48,185 nt of DNA, from NCBI GenBank assembly GCA_045637565.1, contig JAZTZQ010000028.1, positions 1-48,185 on the forward strand. Reading direction: 5' to 3'. Both the position numbers and the translations under genes were made by a program. Source of the stretch: Candidatus Nanosyncoccus sp. (GTDB lineage: Bacteria > Patescibacteriota > Saccharimonadia > Saccharimonadales > Saccharimonadaceae). Every line of letters begins with the position of its first letter. Position 1 is the first letter of the stretch. This document shows positions 10,667 to 18,507 of the stretch, in pieces. Below the pieces are notes generated by a model. The model ran no database searches, was not told where the DNA came from, and saw nothing but the letters and a program-made list of their open reading frames with translations.

Positions 10667-10724
10667 AAATTGCGTATTTTAGTCTGTACTTTACCACTTT
10701 TCCGTGCTACACTATTTATAAGAC

Positions 10725-10814
10725 GGAAAGGTGGCCGAGTGGTTTAAGGCGCACGCTTGGAAAGCGTGTAAAGGGGCAACTCTTTCGCAGGTTCAAATCC
10801 TGTCCTTTCCGCCA
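10725..10814 (+). tRNA. tRNA-Ser(GGA)
   Basis: ggaaagg acceptor, anticodon arm cacgc-ttGGAaa-gcgtg, long variable arm, ggttcaaatcc, 3' CCA. Confidence 0.95.
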
Positions 10815-10844
10815 TAGCTAAGACTAAAACATATGGAGTGAGCG

Positions 10845-11663
10845 GTGAGCGAAAACATCATAATAGAACTAAAGGGACTGACTAAACGCTATGGTTATGG
10901 CGACACAGAATCCTTTGCTTTGAAAGATTTTAACTTAACAATCAAACGTGGCGAATTCATCATGATCATGGGTCCATCCGGCTGTGGTAAGACCACCCTT
11001 CTTGATATTATTGGACTACTAGATCGTGCCACTTATGGTGACTACTATTTAAATGGCGAAAATGTTGCCAGCATCTCAGCTCGCCGTCAGGCAAAGCTAA
11101 GGGCGAAGAAAATTGGTTTCGTTTTTCAGAACTTCAACCTCATCGAAGACCTGCCCATCATTGAAAATGTCGCGCTACCACTAGTTTACACGGGCTACAC
11201 CAAAACATCGAGGCTAAAGCACGCCTCCTCTGTACTCAAGCGTTTCAACCTCGAAGAGAAGGAATACTATCTTCCCTATCAACTATCCGGCGGTCAACAA
11301 CAAAGAGTTTCTATTGCTCGCGCCATTGTAGGTAGTCCTGAAATAATTCTCGCCGACGAGCCCACCGGTAATCTTGACTCCAGAGCATCCTTTGCTGTGA
11401 TGGAGGAACTAAAAAGTATCCATGATGAAGGCAATACTATCATTATGGTTACTCATAATCCCGCCCTTACTGTCTATGCTACTCGCGTCATTCATATGCT
11501 AGATGGCCAAATCGATACCGATGTCAAGACGGTAGCTGACGCTAATCTACCTCAGCCAGTTTCGGTTAAGATAAAGAAGCGTAACAAGCCTGAAATTGAT
11601 CTCCCAGATGATGACAGTAAACGTAAATCCAAAAAACGCAAAAAATCTCGGAGGAAACACTAA
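10845..11663 (+). CDS. ABC transporter ATP-binding protein (LolD/MacB type)
   Basis: GPSGCGKT, FVFQNFNL, LSGGQQQRV, ILADEPTGNLD, MVTH. Confidence 0.93.
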   Translation: MSENIIIELKGLTKRYGYGDTESFALKDFNLTIKRGEFIMIMGPSGCGKTTLLDIIGLLDRATYGDYYLNGENVASISARRQAKLRAKKIGFVFQNFNLIEDLPIIENVALPLVYTGYTKTSRLKHASSVLKRFNLEEKEYYLPYQLSGGQQQRVSIARAIVGSPEIILADEPTGNLDSRASFAVMEELKSIHDEGNTIIMVTHNPALTVYATRVIHMLDGQIDTDVKTVADANLPQPVSVKIKKRNKPEIDLPDDDSKRKSKKRKKSRRKH

Positions 11664-12895
11664 TGCCATTACTATTAAAGACCCACTATAAACTTGCTCG
11701 TACGGCCATCAAAGAGCACCGTACACGTTCGTTCTTAACCTGTCTCGGTATTGCAATTGGCGTAGCCAGCATTATTCTAATACTATCCCTCATGGGTAGT
11801 GTTTCCAATCTCATCAAAAATGAAATTAGTGACCTCGGTAATGATCTAATGGTGGTGCGTCCCAGCTCTACTAAGGACACTGTGACGGACATCGTTGAAG
11901 AACTCACCACCTCGCACTCCTTCCAAAAATCCAATCTCACCGTATCTGACGTAGAAACAATCAAGAAAAACGAAAACGTCGCCGCCGTAGCCCCTATTGC
12001 CGTATCCGTTAATACGATTGCTTCTGAGAAGAACACTCTTTCTTCGGTCCCAGTCCTCGGTACGAATCTTGATTTTATCAAGATAGAACAATTACCACTT
12101 CGCTATGGAGCTTTCCTCAGTGAAAAAAACGAAGAGAAATCTGTTGTTCTTGGTCACACTCTCTCACTGGCCCTCTTCAATACCATTAATAGCACGATAG
12201 GTAAAACAGTAACCATAATGGGCGAGAAATTCATGGTTGTTGGTGTGCTCGACGAAATCAACAAATCCATCAACTTTGACAATATCGACTTCGATAATAC
12301 TCTCATTATGGATATTGCCAGCCTCGGCCAAATCTCCGGTTCTACCCAGATCCAACAAATCAACATCAAGGCTGCCAACACAGATAGCATGGCTACTTTA
12401 TCCGATAATCTCACTAAGGCCCTCACCGAACAAAAGCACGGCGACGATAATTTCAAAGTGTCCTACGGTGACGAGATTACCCACCCAGCCAGTTCTCTCT
12501 TCGGAATCATTTCTGCTATGCTTACCACCGTAGCGGCCATTTCCCTAGTGGTGGGCGGCATTGGTGTCATGAATATTATGCTTGTCTCAGTCGCCGAGCG
12601 TAATCGTGAAATCGGCATCCGCAAAGCTGTCGGCGCATCCAGTCGTAATATTCTTATGCAATTCCTGTTTGAATCCTTAATTCTTTCATTCTCCGGTGGT
12701 ATCATGGGGCTTATTCTGGGTTACGTTTTAGCTTTCCTACTCTCCACTATTACACCATTCGCTCCATTTATCAGTTGGGAAATCGTTGCTATCACTCTGC
12801 TTACCACTATCATTATCGGTGTCCTCTTCGGTATCTATCCTGCCGTCAAAGCCGCCTCGCGTAACCCTATTGAATCACTTAAACATTATCGCTAG
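11663..12895 (+). CDS. ABC transporter permease (MacB/FtsX type)
   Basis: RSFLTCLGIAIG, GGIGVMNIMLVSVAER..EIGIRKAVGA, GIYPA.KA...PIESL. Confidence 0.93.
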   Translation: MPLLLKTHYKLARTAIKEHRTRSFLTCLGIAIGVASIILILSLMGSVSNLIKNEISDLGNDLMVVRPSSTKDTVTDIVEELTTSHSFQKSNLTVSDVETIKKNENVAAVAPIAVSVNTIASEKNTLSSVPVLGTNLDFIKIEQLPLRYGAFLSEKNEEKSVVLGHTLSLALFNTINSTIGKTVTIMGEKFMVVGVLDEINKSINFDNIDFDNTLIMDIASLGQISGSTQIQQINIKAANTDSMATLSDNLTKALTEQKHGDDNFKVSYGDEITHPASSLFGIISAMLTTVAAISLVVGGIGVMNIMLVSVAERNREIGIRKAVGASSRNILMQFLFESLILSFSGGIMGLILGYVLAFLLSTITPFAPFISWEIVAITLLTTIIIGVLFGIYPAVKAASRNPIESLKHYR

Positions 12896-12897
12896 CC

Positions 12898-14157
12898 ATG
12901 AAAGCACTTCTCCGCAAAATCCCATTCTACAATCAAGCGGTACTTCCCTATCATTACGCCCAAGGTGTTACTGCAGCTATCAAAAACCAATTCCCTGCTC
13001 GCAAGCTTCACGTCATAGGGGTTACTGGTACCAATGGCAAAACCACCACTTGCTTTATGATTTGGCAGATGTTAAATCACTCTGGCTACAAAGCCGGCCT
13101 TCTCACCACGGTAGCTTATGGTGTTGATAAGCTTAAGCCCGAGTTGGGTCATATGACTACCGTCGATGCCTTTACCCTCAATCAGCGCATCCGTGACATC
13201 GCAAAACAAGGTGCCAAGTATCTGGTTCTCGAAGTTACTTCTCACGCCCTAGCCGAGTTTCGTACTTTCGGCATACCTATCGAAATAGCAGTTTTCACCA
13301 ACCTCACTCACGATCATCTAGATTATCATAAAACCATCACCAATTATCGCAACACCAAGGGTAAACTCTTTAAAAAAGCCAAATTCAGTATCTTGAATGC
13401 CGATGACCAAGCTACAAGTTATTACAAAACCATTGCAAAGAGTTATATCACGTATGGCATAAAACATGGCGAAAATCGTGCTAAAGACATAAAATTGACT
13501 GTTTCTGGCGTAAAATATTCATGTAGTGATATAAATATCGAAACCAAAATTCCGGGGGAGTTTAATGTCTACAATTCCCTCGCTGCCGCACTGGTAGGCA
13601 AACAGCTTGGCCTTACCAATCAGCAGATAGAGGAAGGCATTAAGTCTCTAGAGGGCGTCGAGGGCCGCATGAATACTATCGACGAAGGTCAACCCTTCAC
13701 GGTTATTATTGATTATGCCCACGCCCCAGATGCTTTAGAGAAGGTCTTCAATTCCGTCCGTGACCATAAGGGCAAAGTCATCTCAGTTCACGGTGGCGCC
13801 GGTCAGCGCGATCCCTCCACTAGATCCATTCGCGGCGCTATTCTCGCCCAGCACTCCGATATTGTTATTATCACCGAAGATGATTCCCGCGACGAAGATC
13901 CTGAGAAAATTGCCGCCGCCTTCATTAAGGGTGCCGAGAAACATGGTAAAGTGCTGGGTAAAAACCTCTTTAAAGAACTCGACCGCAAGCAAGCCATCAA
14001 GCTTGCCCTCGAAAAAGCCAAACCCGGCGACCTCGTTCTCATCCTCGGCAAAGGTCACGAGAAAACCATCCTACGCGCTGACGGTCCTCACGAGTTTAAT
14101 GACTCCAAAGTGGCGAAGGAATTACTTAATTCTATTTATCAGCATAAGAAGGTTTAG
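12898..14157 (+). CDS. murE: UDP-N-acetylmuramoyl-tripeptide ligase MurE
   Basis: GVTGTNGKTTT, LEVTSHAL, FTNLTHDHLDYH, DYAHAPDAL, DDSRDED, GKGHE. Confidence 0.9.
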   Translation: MKALLRKIPFYNQAVLPYHYAQGVTAAIKNQFPARKLHVIGVTGTNGKTTTCFMIWQMLNHSGYKAGLLTTVAYGVDKLKPELGHMTTVDAFTLNQRIRDIAKQGAKYLVLEVTSHALAEFRTFGIPIEIAVFTNLTHDHLDYHKTITNYRNTKGKLFKKAKFSILNADDQATSYYKTIAKSYITYGIKHGENRAKDIKLTVSGVKYSCSDINIETKIPGEFNVYNSLAAALVGKQLGLTNQQIEEGIKSLEGVEGRMNTIDEGQPFTVIIDYAHAPDALEKVFNSVRDHKGKVISVHGGAGQRDPSTRSIRGAILAQHSDIVIITEDDSRDEDPEKIAAAFIKGAEKHGKVLGKNLFKELDRKQAIKLALEKAKPGDLVLILGKGHEKTILRADGPHEFNDSKVAKELLNSIYQHKKV

Positions 14158-14192
14158 AAGTCCAAGCTGATAAATAGACTTTAGTAGCCCCT

Positions 14193-14933
14193 TTATAGTT
14201 CGTAATTAGCAATTCCCTCACCCACAAACTTCTGATCAATTCCAAGTCCATACGCAATCGCCGCCGCGCAGGCCATATAGGAAACCGCCGGCTCTCCTGT
14301 TACGTATGTTGCCACAGAAGTAATCTCCGAAGCAACCGACAAAGTCGCTTCCGTTCCTTTTGGATACAGTTTTGAATTTAGGATTTTTACATCCGAACTA
14401 CTTTGCCCGAAACTCACTGTCCTATTTTTGCCCTTAAATTCTGCGAAAGTGCTGTAGTTTAAATCGTCGCTGTTTAGTATCACAATTTCCGGCTTCATAT
14501 CAAACAAGGTCTTCTCACATTCAATGTATTCCCCCGGTTCCATATCATGTAGCCCAGCTGTCACAAAATTCGTCATTGCTGCAACTTCCACTGGCAAGCC
14601 ATAAAAGATATTATCACGGAGCCCTTCCGCCGGCACCGTAACCACCACGTAATTGGCCCCCGCCTTCCACGCATCTGATAGAAACTTATGTAACATTCCC
14701 ATCTTGAATGGTTGCTCAGATGCCAACACTGCCACCTGCTCACCTACGGCTTTCAATATTTCATGTGTGTAATGTGCCACAATTGTTTTTCCGGTTGTAC
14801 CAGTAATCGCAATCAGCTTCATATCTTTAGTCGGATTACCGTAATATGATTTTAGCAGTTTTGCTTTCAATTTCTGACGACTCTGTTTTAATCCACCATT
14901 TTTGTTTGACTTGGATGTGTTCTGCTCTACCAT
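14193..14933 (-). CDS. Truncated/degenerate Mur-ligase middle-domain protein
   Basis: YYGNP...IAITGTTGKT, ILNSDD; no DHLDYH motif and no C-terminal domain. Confidence 0.7.
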   Translation of the reverse strand: MVEQNTSKSNKNGGLKQSRQKLKAKLLKSYYGNPTKDMKLIAITGTTGKTIVAHYTHEILKAVGEQVAVLASEQPFKMGMLHKFLSDAWKAGANYVVVTVPAEGLRDNIFYGLPVEVAAMTNFVTAGLHDMEPGEYIECEKTLFDMKPEIVILNSDDLNYSTFAEFKGKNRTVSFGQSSSDVKILNSKLYPKGTEATLSVASEITSVATYVTGEPAVSYMACAAAIAYGLGIDQKFVGEGIANYEL

Positions 14934-14957
14934 AATACCTCCATTATATCATATTTA

Positions 14958-16010
14958 TCACTGTAATAGTTTGCACACCAAACTAGTAATTAACCCCTTC
15001 TCGCGTGGTTCGCTTTCTGCAATAAGTAATGCAATCGCCGTCAGCGCCCTATCGCTAATTTTTGTCTCGCCATTGGTGGTCAAATGGCAATCATTCACGG
15101 TTAAAAACAGAATAAACAATAGTGCTCCGATCCTCTTGTTCCCATCATAAAACGGATGATCCTTAATAATAAAATACAGCAGATTTGCTGCCTTTTCTTG
15201 TACGCTCGGGTAAAGTTCCTTTCCATCATAGCTCTGAAAAATCGCTTTCAAACTTCCTTCAAAACTCTTGTTTCTCTCCTTACCAAACAGTTCCGAGCCG
15301 CCCACATTTTCACGCAAAGATTCTACCGCTCGTACGCACATTTCAACTGTTAATTCCCTCCCCTTTTTGCGTTTCGACATAAACGATAAATCAATGTGCC
15401 CATCGTCATATTCTTCCAGCGTTTTAAAACTCCCAGCATACTTCGTAATGACTTCTAGAATCCCATTTGCTTCACCGGCGTCTAGTTCGTTTCGTGTCGT
15501 TAGCCTCCTTACGAGCGTCATCATTTTTTCGACATCATGTAATCTTTCAAGTTCTTCTTTCTCGCGTATCGCCAAAAGCCTCTGCTGGTTTATTGCGATA
15601 CCCTGAGTCAAGTATTGCCGCAGTACGGAAGTAGCCCATACCCGAAACTTTGTCGCTTTTTTCGAGTTTACCCGATATCCCACCGATATAATCATGTCTA
15701 AGTTGTACATCTTGACGCGCCGTCTAACAACTCTCCCACCTTCATTTTGAACTTGTAATATTTCTTTACAAGTTCGATTTTCAACTTGTGCATTTGTTGC
15801 ACAGGTTGGATTTCTTTCAAGTTCACCATCTTTATAAATATTGTTTACATGGCGTACAATTACGGTTCTATCTAGTCCGAAAATTCCCGCAATCTGCTCA
15901 TAGGTTGCCCAAATCGTCTCGGCGTCCACATCAACATTAAAGACGACCTCGCCCTTCTCTCCCTGATAAATCTCAATCTGCTTCTTGGTATCATCGGCCA
16001 TTTCTGTCAC
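14958..16010 (-). CDS. RhuM-like N-terminal domain fused to Fic/DOC domain
   Basis: ETIWAT, YNLDMIISVGYRVNSKKATKFRVWAT, Fic motif HPFYDGNKRIG; ggaggagg RBS (start could be 16001). Confidence 0.88.
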   Translation of the reverse strand: MTEMADDTKKQIEIYQGEKGEVVFNVDVDAETIWATYEQIAGIFGLDRTVIVRHVNNIYKDGELERNPTCATNAQVENRTCKEILQVQNEGGRVVRRRVKMYNLDMIISVGYRVNSKKATKFRVWATSVLRQYLTQGIAINQQRLLAIREKEELERLHDVEKMMTLVRRLTTRNELDAGEANGILEVITKYAGSFKTLEEYDDGHIDLSFMSKRKKGRELTVEMCVRAVESLRENVGGSELFGKERNKSFEGSLKAIFQSYDGKELYPSVQEKAANLLYFIIKDHPFYDGNKRIGALLFILFLTVNDCHLTTNGETKISDRALTAIALLIAESEPREKGLITSLVCKLLQ

Positions 16011-16088
16011 CTCCTCCCTTAATTATCCTCATTATACCAGATAAACCAATAATCCCGAAATAACAAAAAAAGACAATCTGCCGCTAAA

Positions 16089-16179
16089 TGGCGGAAGAGA
16101 GAGGATTCGAACCTCCGAACGGGTTAACCCCGTCACACGATTTCGAGTCGTGCGCCTTCAACCACTCGGCCACTCTTCC
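16089..16179 (-). tRNA. tRNA-Ser(CGA)
   Basis: Reverse strand ggaagagtggccgagtgg...cacga-ctCGAaa-tcgtg...ggttcgaatcc...ccgcca. Confidence 0.95.
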
Positions 16180-16261
16180 ACTACCAATTCTAACACAATT
16201 CACCCCCTTTTTCAACCTTTATTACTTCGCCTTCCACCCTAAAAAATGATATAATCTATCC

Positions 16262-16999
16262 ATGAATTTAAAATTTGCTACGGTCAAAACGCGTATCGTC
16301 CACCCACCCAAGGACGACATTATGGATATTCTCGATAACCTGATGGTTAAAGAAGGCGACATCATTTTTATCACCTCTAAGATTCTTGGTATTGCCGAGG
16401 GCCGCACGGCTAAGATTGGTACTGTTGCCAAAGAGACTCTAATTGAACAGGAATCTGACCGCTATCTTCCCTATGTAAATAGGTTTGGCGATTTTCACGC
16501 CAACTTAACGGTTACTCAAAATATCCTTATTCCCGCTGCCGGCATCGACGAATCTAACGCTAATGGCTACTATGTCATGTGGCCCAAGCATCCAGATGAG
16601 ACCTGTCGCAAAATACGTGACTATCTCGTAGCCAAACATCATCTTACCCATCTCGGTGTAGTTGCCACCGACTCTCATACTACCCCACTACGTTGGGGCG
16701 TAACGGGTATTACGATTGGATTAGCTGGTATTGAACCGCTCAAGGACATTCGCGGTGAACCGGATTTGTTTGGTCGCCTCATGCATCTGACTAAGGTCAA
16801 TCTGATTGATCCACTCAGTTCAGTAGCGGTTCTCTTGATGGGTGAAAGCAATGAATGTACTCCCATAGTTATCCTACATGATTATTACGATATTCCGTTT
16901 TCGGACAACGCTTCCATGGATGATTTCAAAATCTCACCCACGGAAGATATCTATCAACCTCTTATCAACGTTTTACCTCAAAGACCCAAAACCAAGTAA
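16262..16999 (+). CDS. CofE/F420-0:gamma-glutamyl ligase family protein (possible alternative folylpolyglutamate synthase)
   Basis: ITSKI...EGR, AGIDESN, TDSHTTPLRWG, DLFGR, MGESNECTP. Confidence 0.8.
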   Translation: MNLKFATVKTRIVHPPKDDIMDILDNLMVKEGDIIFITSKILGIAEGRTAKIGTVAKETLIEQESDRYLPYVNRFGDFHANLTVTQNILIPAAGIDESNANGYYVMWPKHPDETCRKIRDYLVAKHHLTHLGVVATDSHTTPLRWGVTGITIGLAGIEPLKDIRGEPDLFGRLMHLTKVNLIDPLSSVAVLLMGESNECTPIVILHDYYDIPFSDNASMDDFKISPTEDIYQPLINVLPQRPKTK

Positions 17000-17118
17000 A
17001 GAAGGTAAAAATTACAACAATTCTGCAAAAATATGGTATAATATTATTGTCACCTCTTAGGTGATGCTCATTTAATTTCTAGGTGGATGTCGAGAATCAA
17101 TTCAACACATCCACATAT

Positions 17119-17195
17119 GCGCCCGTAGCTCAGCTGGATAGAGCGTTTGCTTGCGGAGCAAAAGGTCGTAGGTTCAAATCCTGTCGGGCGTACCA
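17119..17195 (+). tRNA. tRNA-Arg(GCG)
   Basis: gcgcccgtagctcagctggatagagc, arm tttgc-ttGCGga-gcaaa, ggttcaaatcc, CCA. Confidence 0.93.
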
Positions 17196-17201
17196 TGTAT
17201 T

Positions 17202-17228
17202 AAAAACAAGGCCAGAGGCCTTATTTTT
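17202..17228 (+). terminator. Intrinsic terminator after tRNA-Arg
   Basis: aaggcc-aga-ggcctt followed by attttt. Confidence 0.6.
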
Positions 17229-17277
17229 ATTGCTTAATTACTTGCAATCACGAAATATAGTGTATAATAAAAGTATT

Positions 17278-17793
17278 ATGCAGTGGGATTTAATTACAAA
17301 TATCATACTTATATCATCAATTATAACTTTGGTAGTCTTCGTGGCGCTCGGTATTTACCAATGGGTGACGCGTAAATCTATCAAGAAAGTTGACCCGGAG
17401 CTCCTCTGGTTCCCTCTTCCGCTAATCCTGGCCGCTCTAACCTACGTCATTTTTGAAATCTTTCCAGTTAATTTCCGCCCAAATGGTTCCGGCGAATCGT
17501 CATTCCCTTCCACTCATACGATGATAGTGGCTACGATTTTCTTTGTCGTTATGATTATTCTCCCTCAATATATTAAGAATAAAACTATCCGTATCATTCT
17601 CGACATTATCATGATGGCCTTAATCGCTCTCGTAGCTGTTGGTCGCGTTAATGCTAATATGCATTGGATCATCGATGTCGTTGGCGGTGTTGCTTTTGCC
17701 TTCGCCTTCTCCGAAATATACTATTTTGCCTACAAAAAATTCAAAAAATCCAGGAAAAAACACCATGCCGAGCATCTTTACGCAAATAATTAA
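17278..17793 (+). CDS. PAP2-family membrane phosphatase
   Basis: RP, SFPSTH, GRV...HW..DV.GG; start reset downstream of the tRNA, after tgtataat. Confidence 0.85.
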   Translation: MQWDLITNIILISSIITLVVFVALGIYQWVTRKSIKKVDPELLWFPLPLILAALTYVIFEIFPVNFRPNGSGESSFPSTHTMIVATIFFVVMIILPQYIKNKTIRIILDIIMMALIALVAVGRVNANMHWIIDVVGGVAFAFAFSEIYYFAYKKFKKSRKKHHAEHLYANN

Positions 17794-18142
17794 GGGTGAT
17801 ATACCTTGTTATAAAATATACGAAGATGATAAAACCTTCGCTTTTCTCGATATTCATCCAGAGTCAAAAGGTCACGTCTTGGTAATTCCTAAAATCGAGG
17901 TTGATAAAATCTACGACCTTCCAGATGAAGATTTCCGAGCTCTGATGAGTACAGCAAAGAAACTCTCCAAGCATCTAGAGAGTAAGCTTGGCGCTCGCAT
18001 CCTTTGGAAGGTTGTTGGCACCGATGTTCCTCATGCTCATGTCCATCTCATGCCCCTAGACCCTGACTGGCAATATGGCCGCACCCTCGAGCTTTCCCCC
18101 GCGGAATTTGAACAAATTGCAACTGAATTAAAATGTAGTTAA
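17765..18142 (+). CDS. HIT-family nucleotide hydrolase
   Basis: SIFTQII.GDIP, FLDIHP..KGHVLVIPK, VPHAHVHL. Confidence 0.92.
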   Translation: MPSIFTQIIKGDIPCYKIYEDDKTFAFLDIHPESKGHVLVIPKIEVDKIYDLPDEDFRALMSTAKKLSKHLESKLGARILWKVVGTDVPHAHVHLMPLDPDWQYGRTLELSPAEFEQIATELKCS

Positions 18143-18164
18143 AAGCCCCCACATCCGTGAGGGC
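18141..18164 (-). terminator. Probable terminator between convergent genes
   Basis: aaaa-gcccccac...gtgagggc. Confidence 0.5.
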
Positions 18165-18171
18165 AACATAT

Positions 18172-18369
18172 TCATCTAAAAGCGCGTATACCTGGTGTCG
18201 TAAAATCATAATAACCTAAATCATATTGTGATGTTGGTCGAAGCTGCGGTCTCGTGAAGCTATTGGGCTGCACGCAATACATTATTTTATAGCCAGCTGC
18301 TTCTAGTCTCCTGCATTCGGCCTGAACGCTTTCTCTACTGGGCTCATTAACCCAATATTCACCTATCAT
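18172..18369 (-). CDS. Small hypothetical protein (65 aa)
   Basis: Strong RBS gggggagg before ATG; TTGACT-16-TATAAT promoter at 18410-18437; downstream hairpin. Confidence 0.6.
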   Translation of the reverse strand: MIGEYWVNEPSRESVQAECRRLEAAGYKIMYCVQPNSFTRPQLRPTSQYDLGYYDFTTPGIRAFR

Positions 18370-18507
18370 ATGCCTCCCCCTTTCTGTCTGTAGATAAATA
18401 TGCCAAAATATTATACATCTTTTACAGGATAAGTCAAGATACACAACATTTTTAGCATTAAGATATGATATAATAGTTTTAATAAAGAGCAAGAGGAATA
18501 ATTAAAC

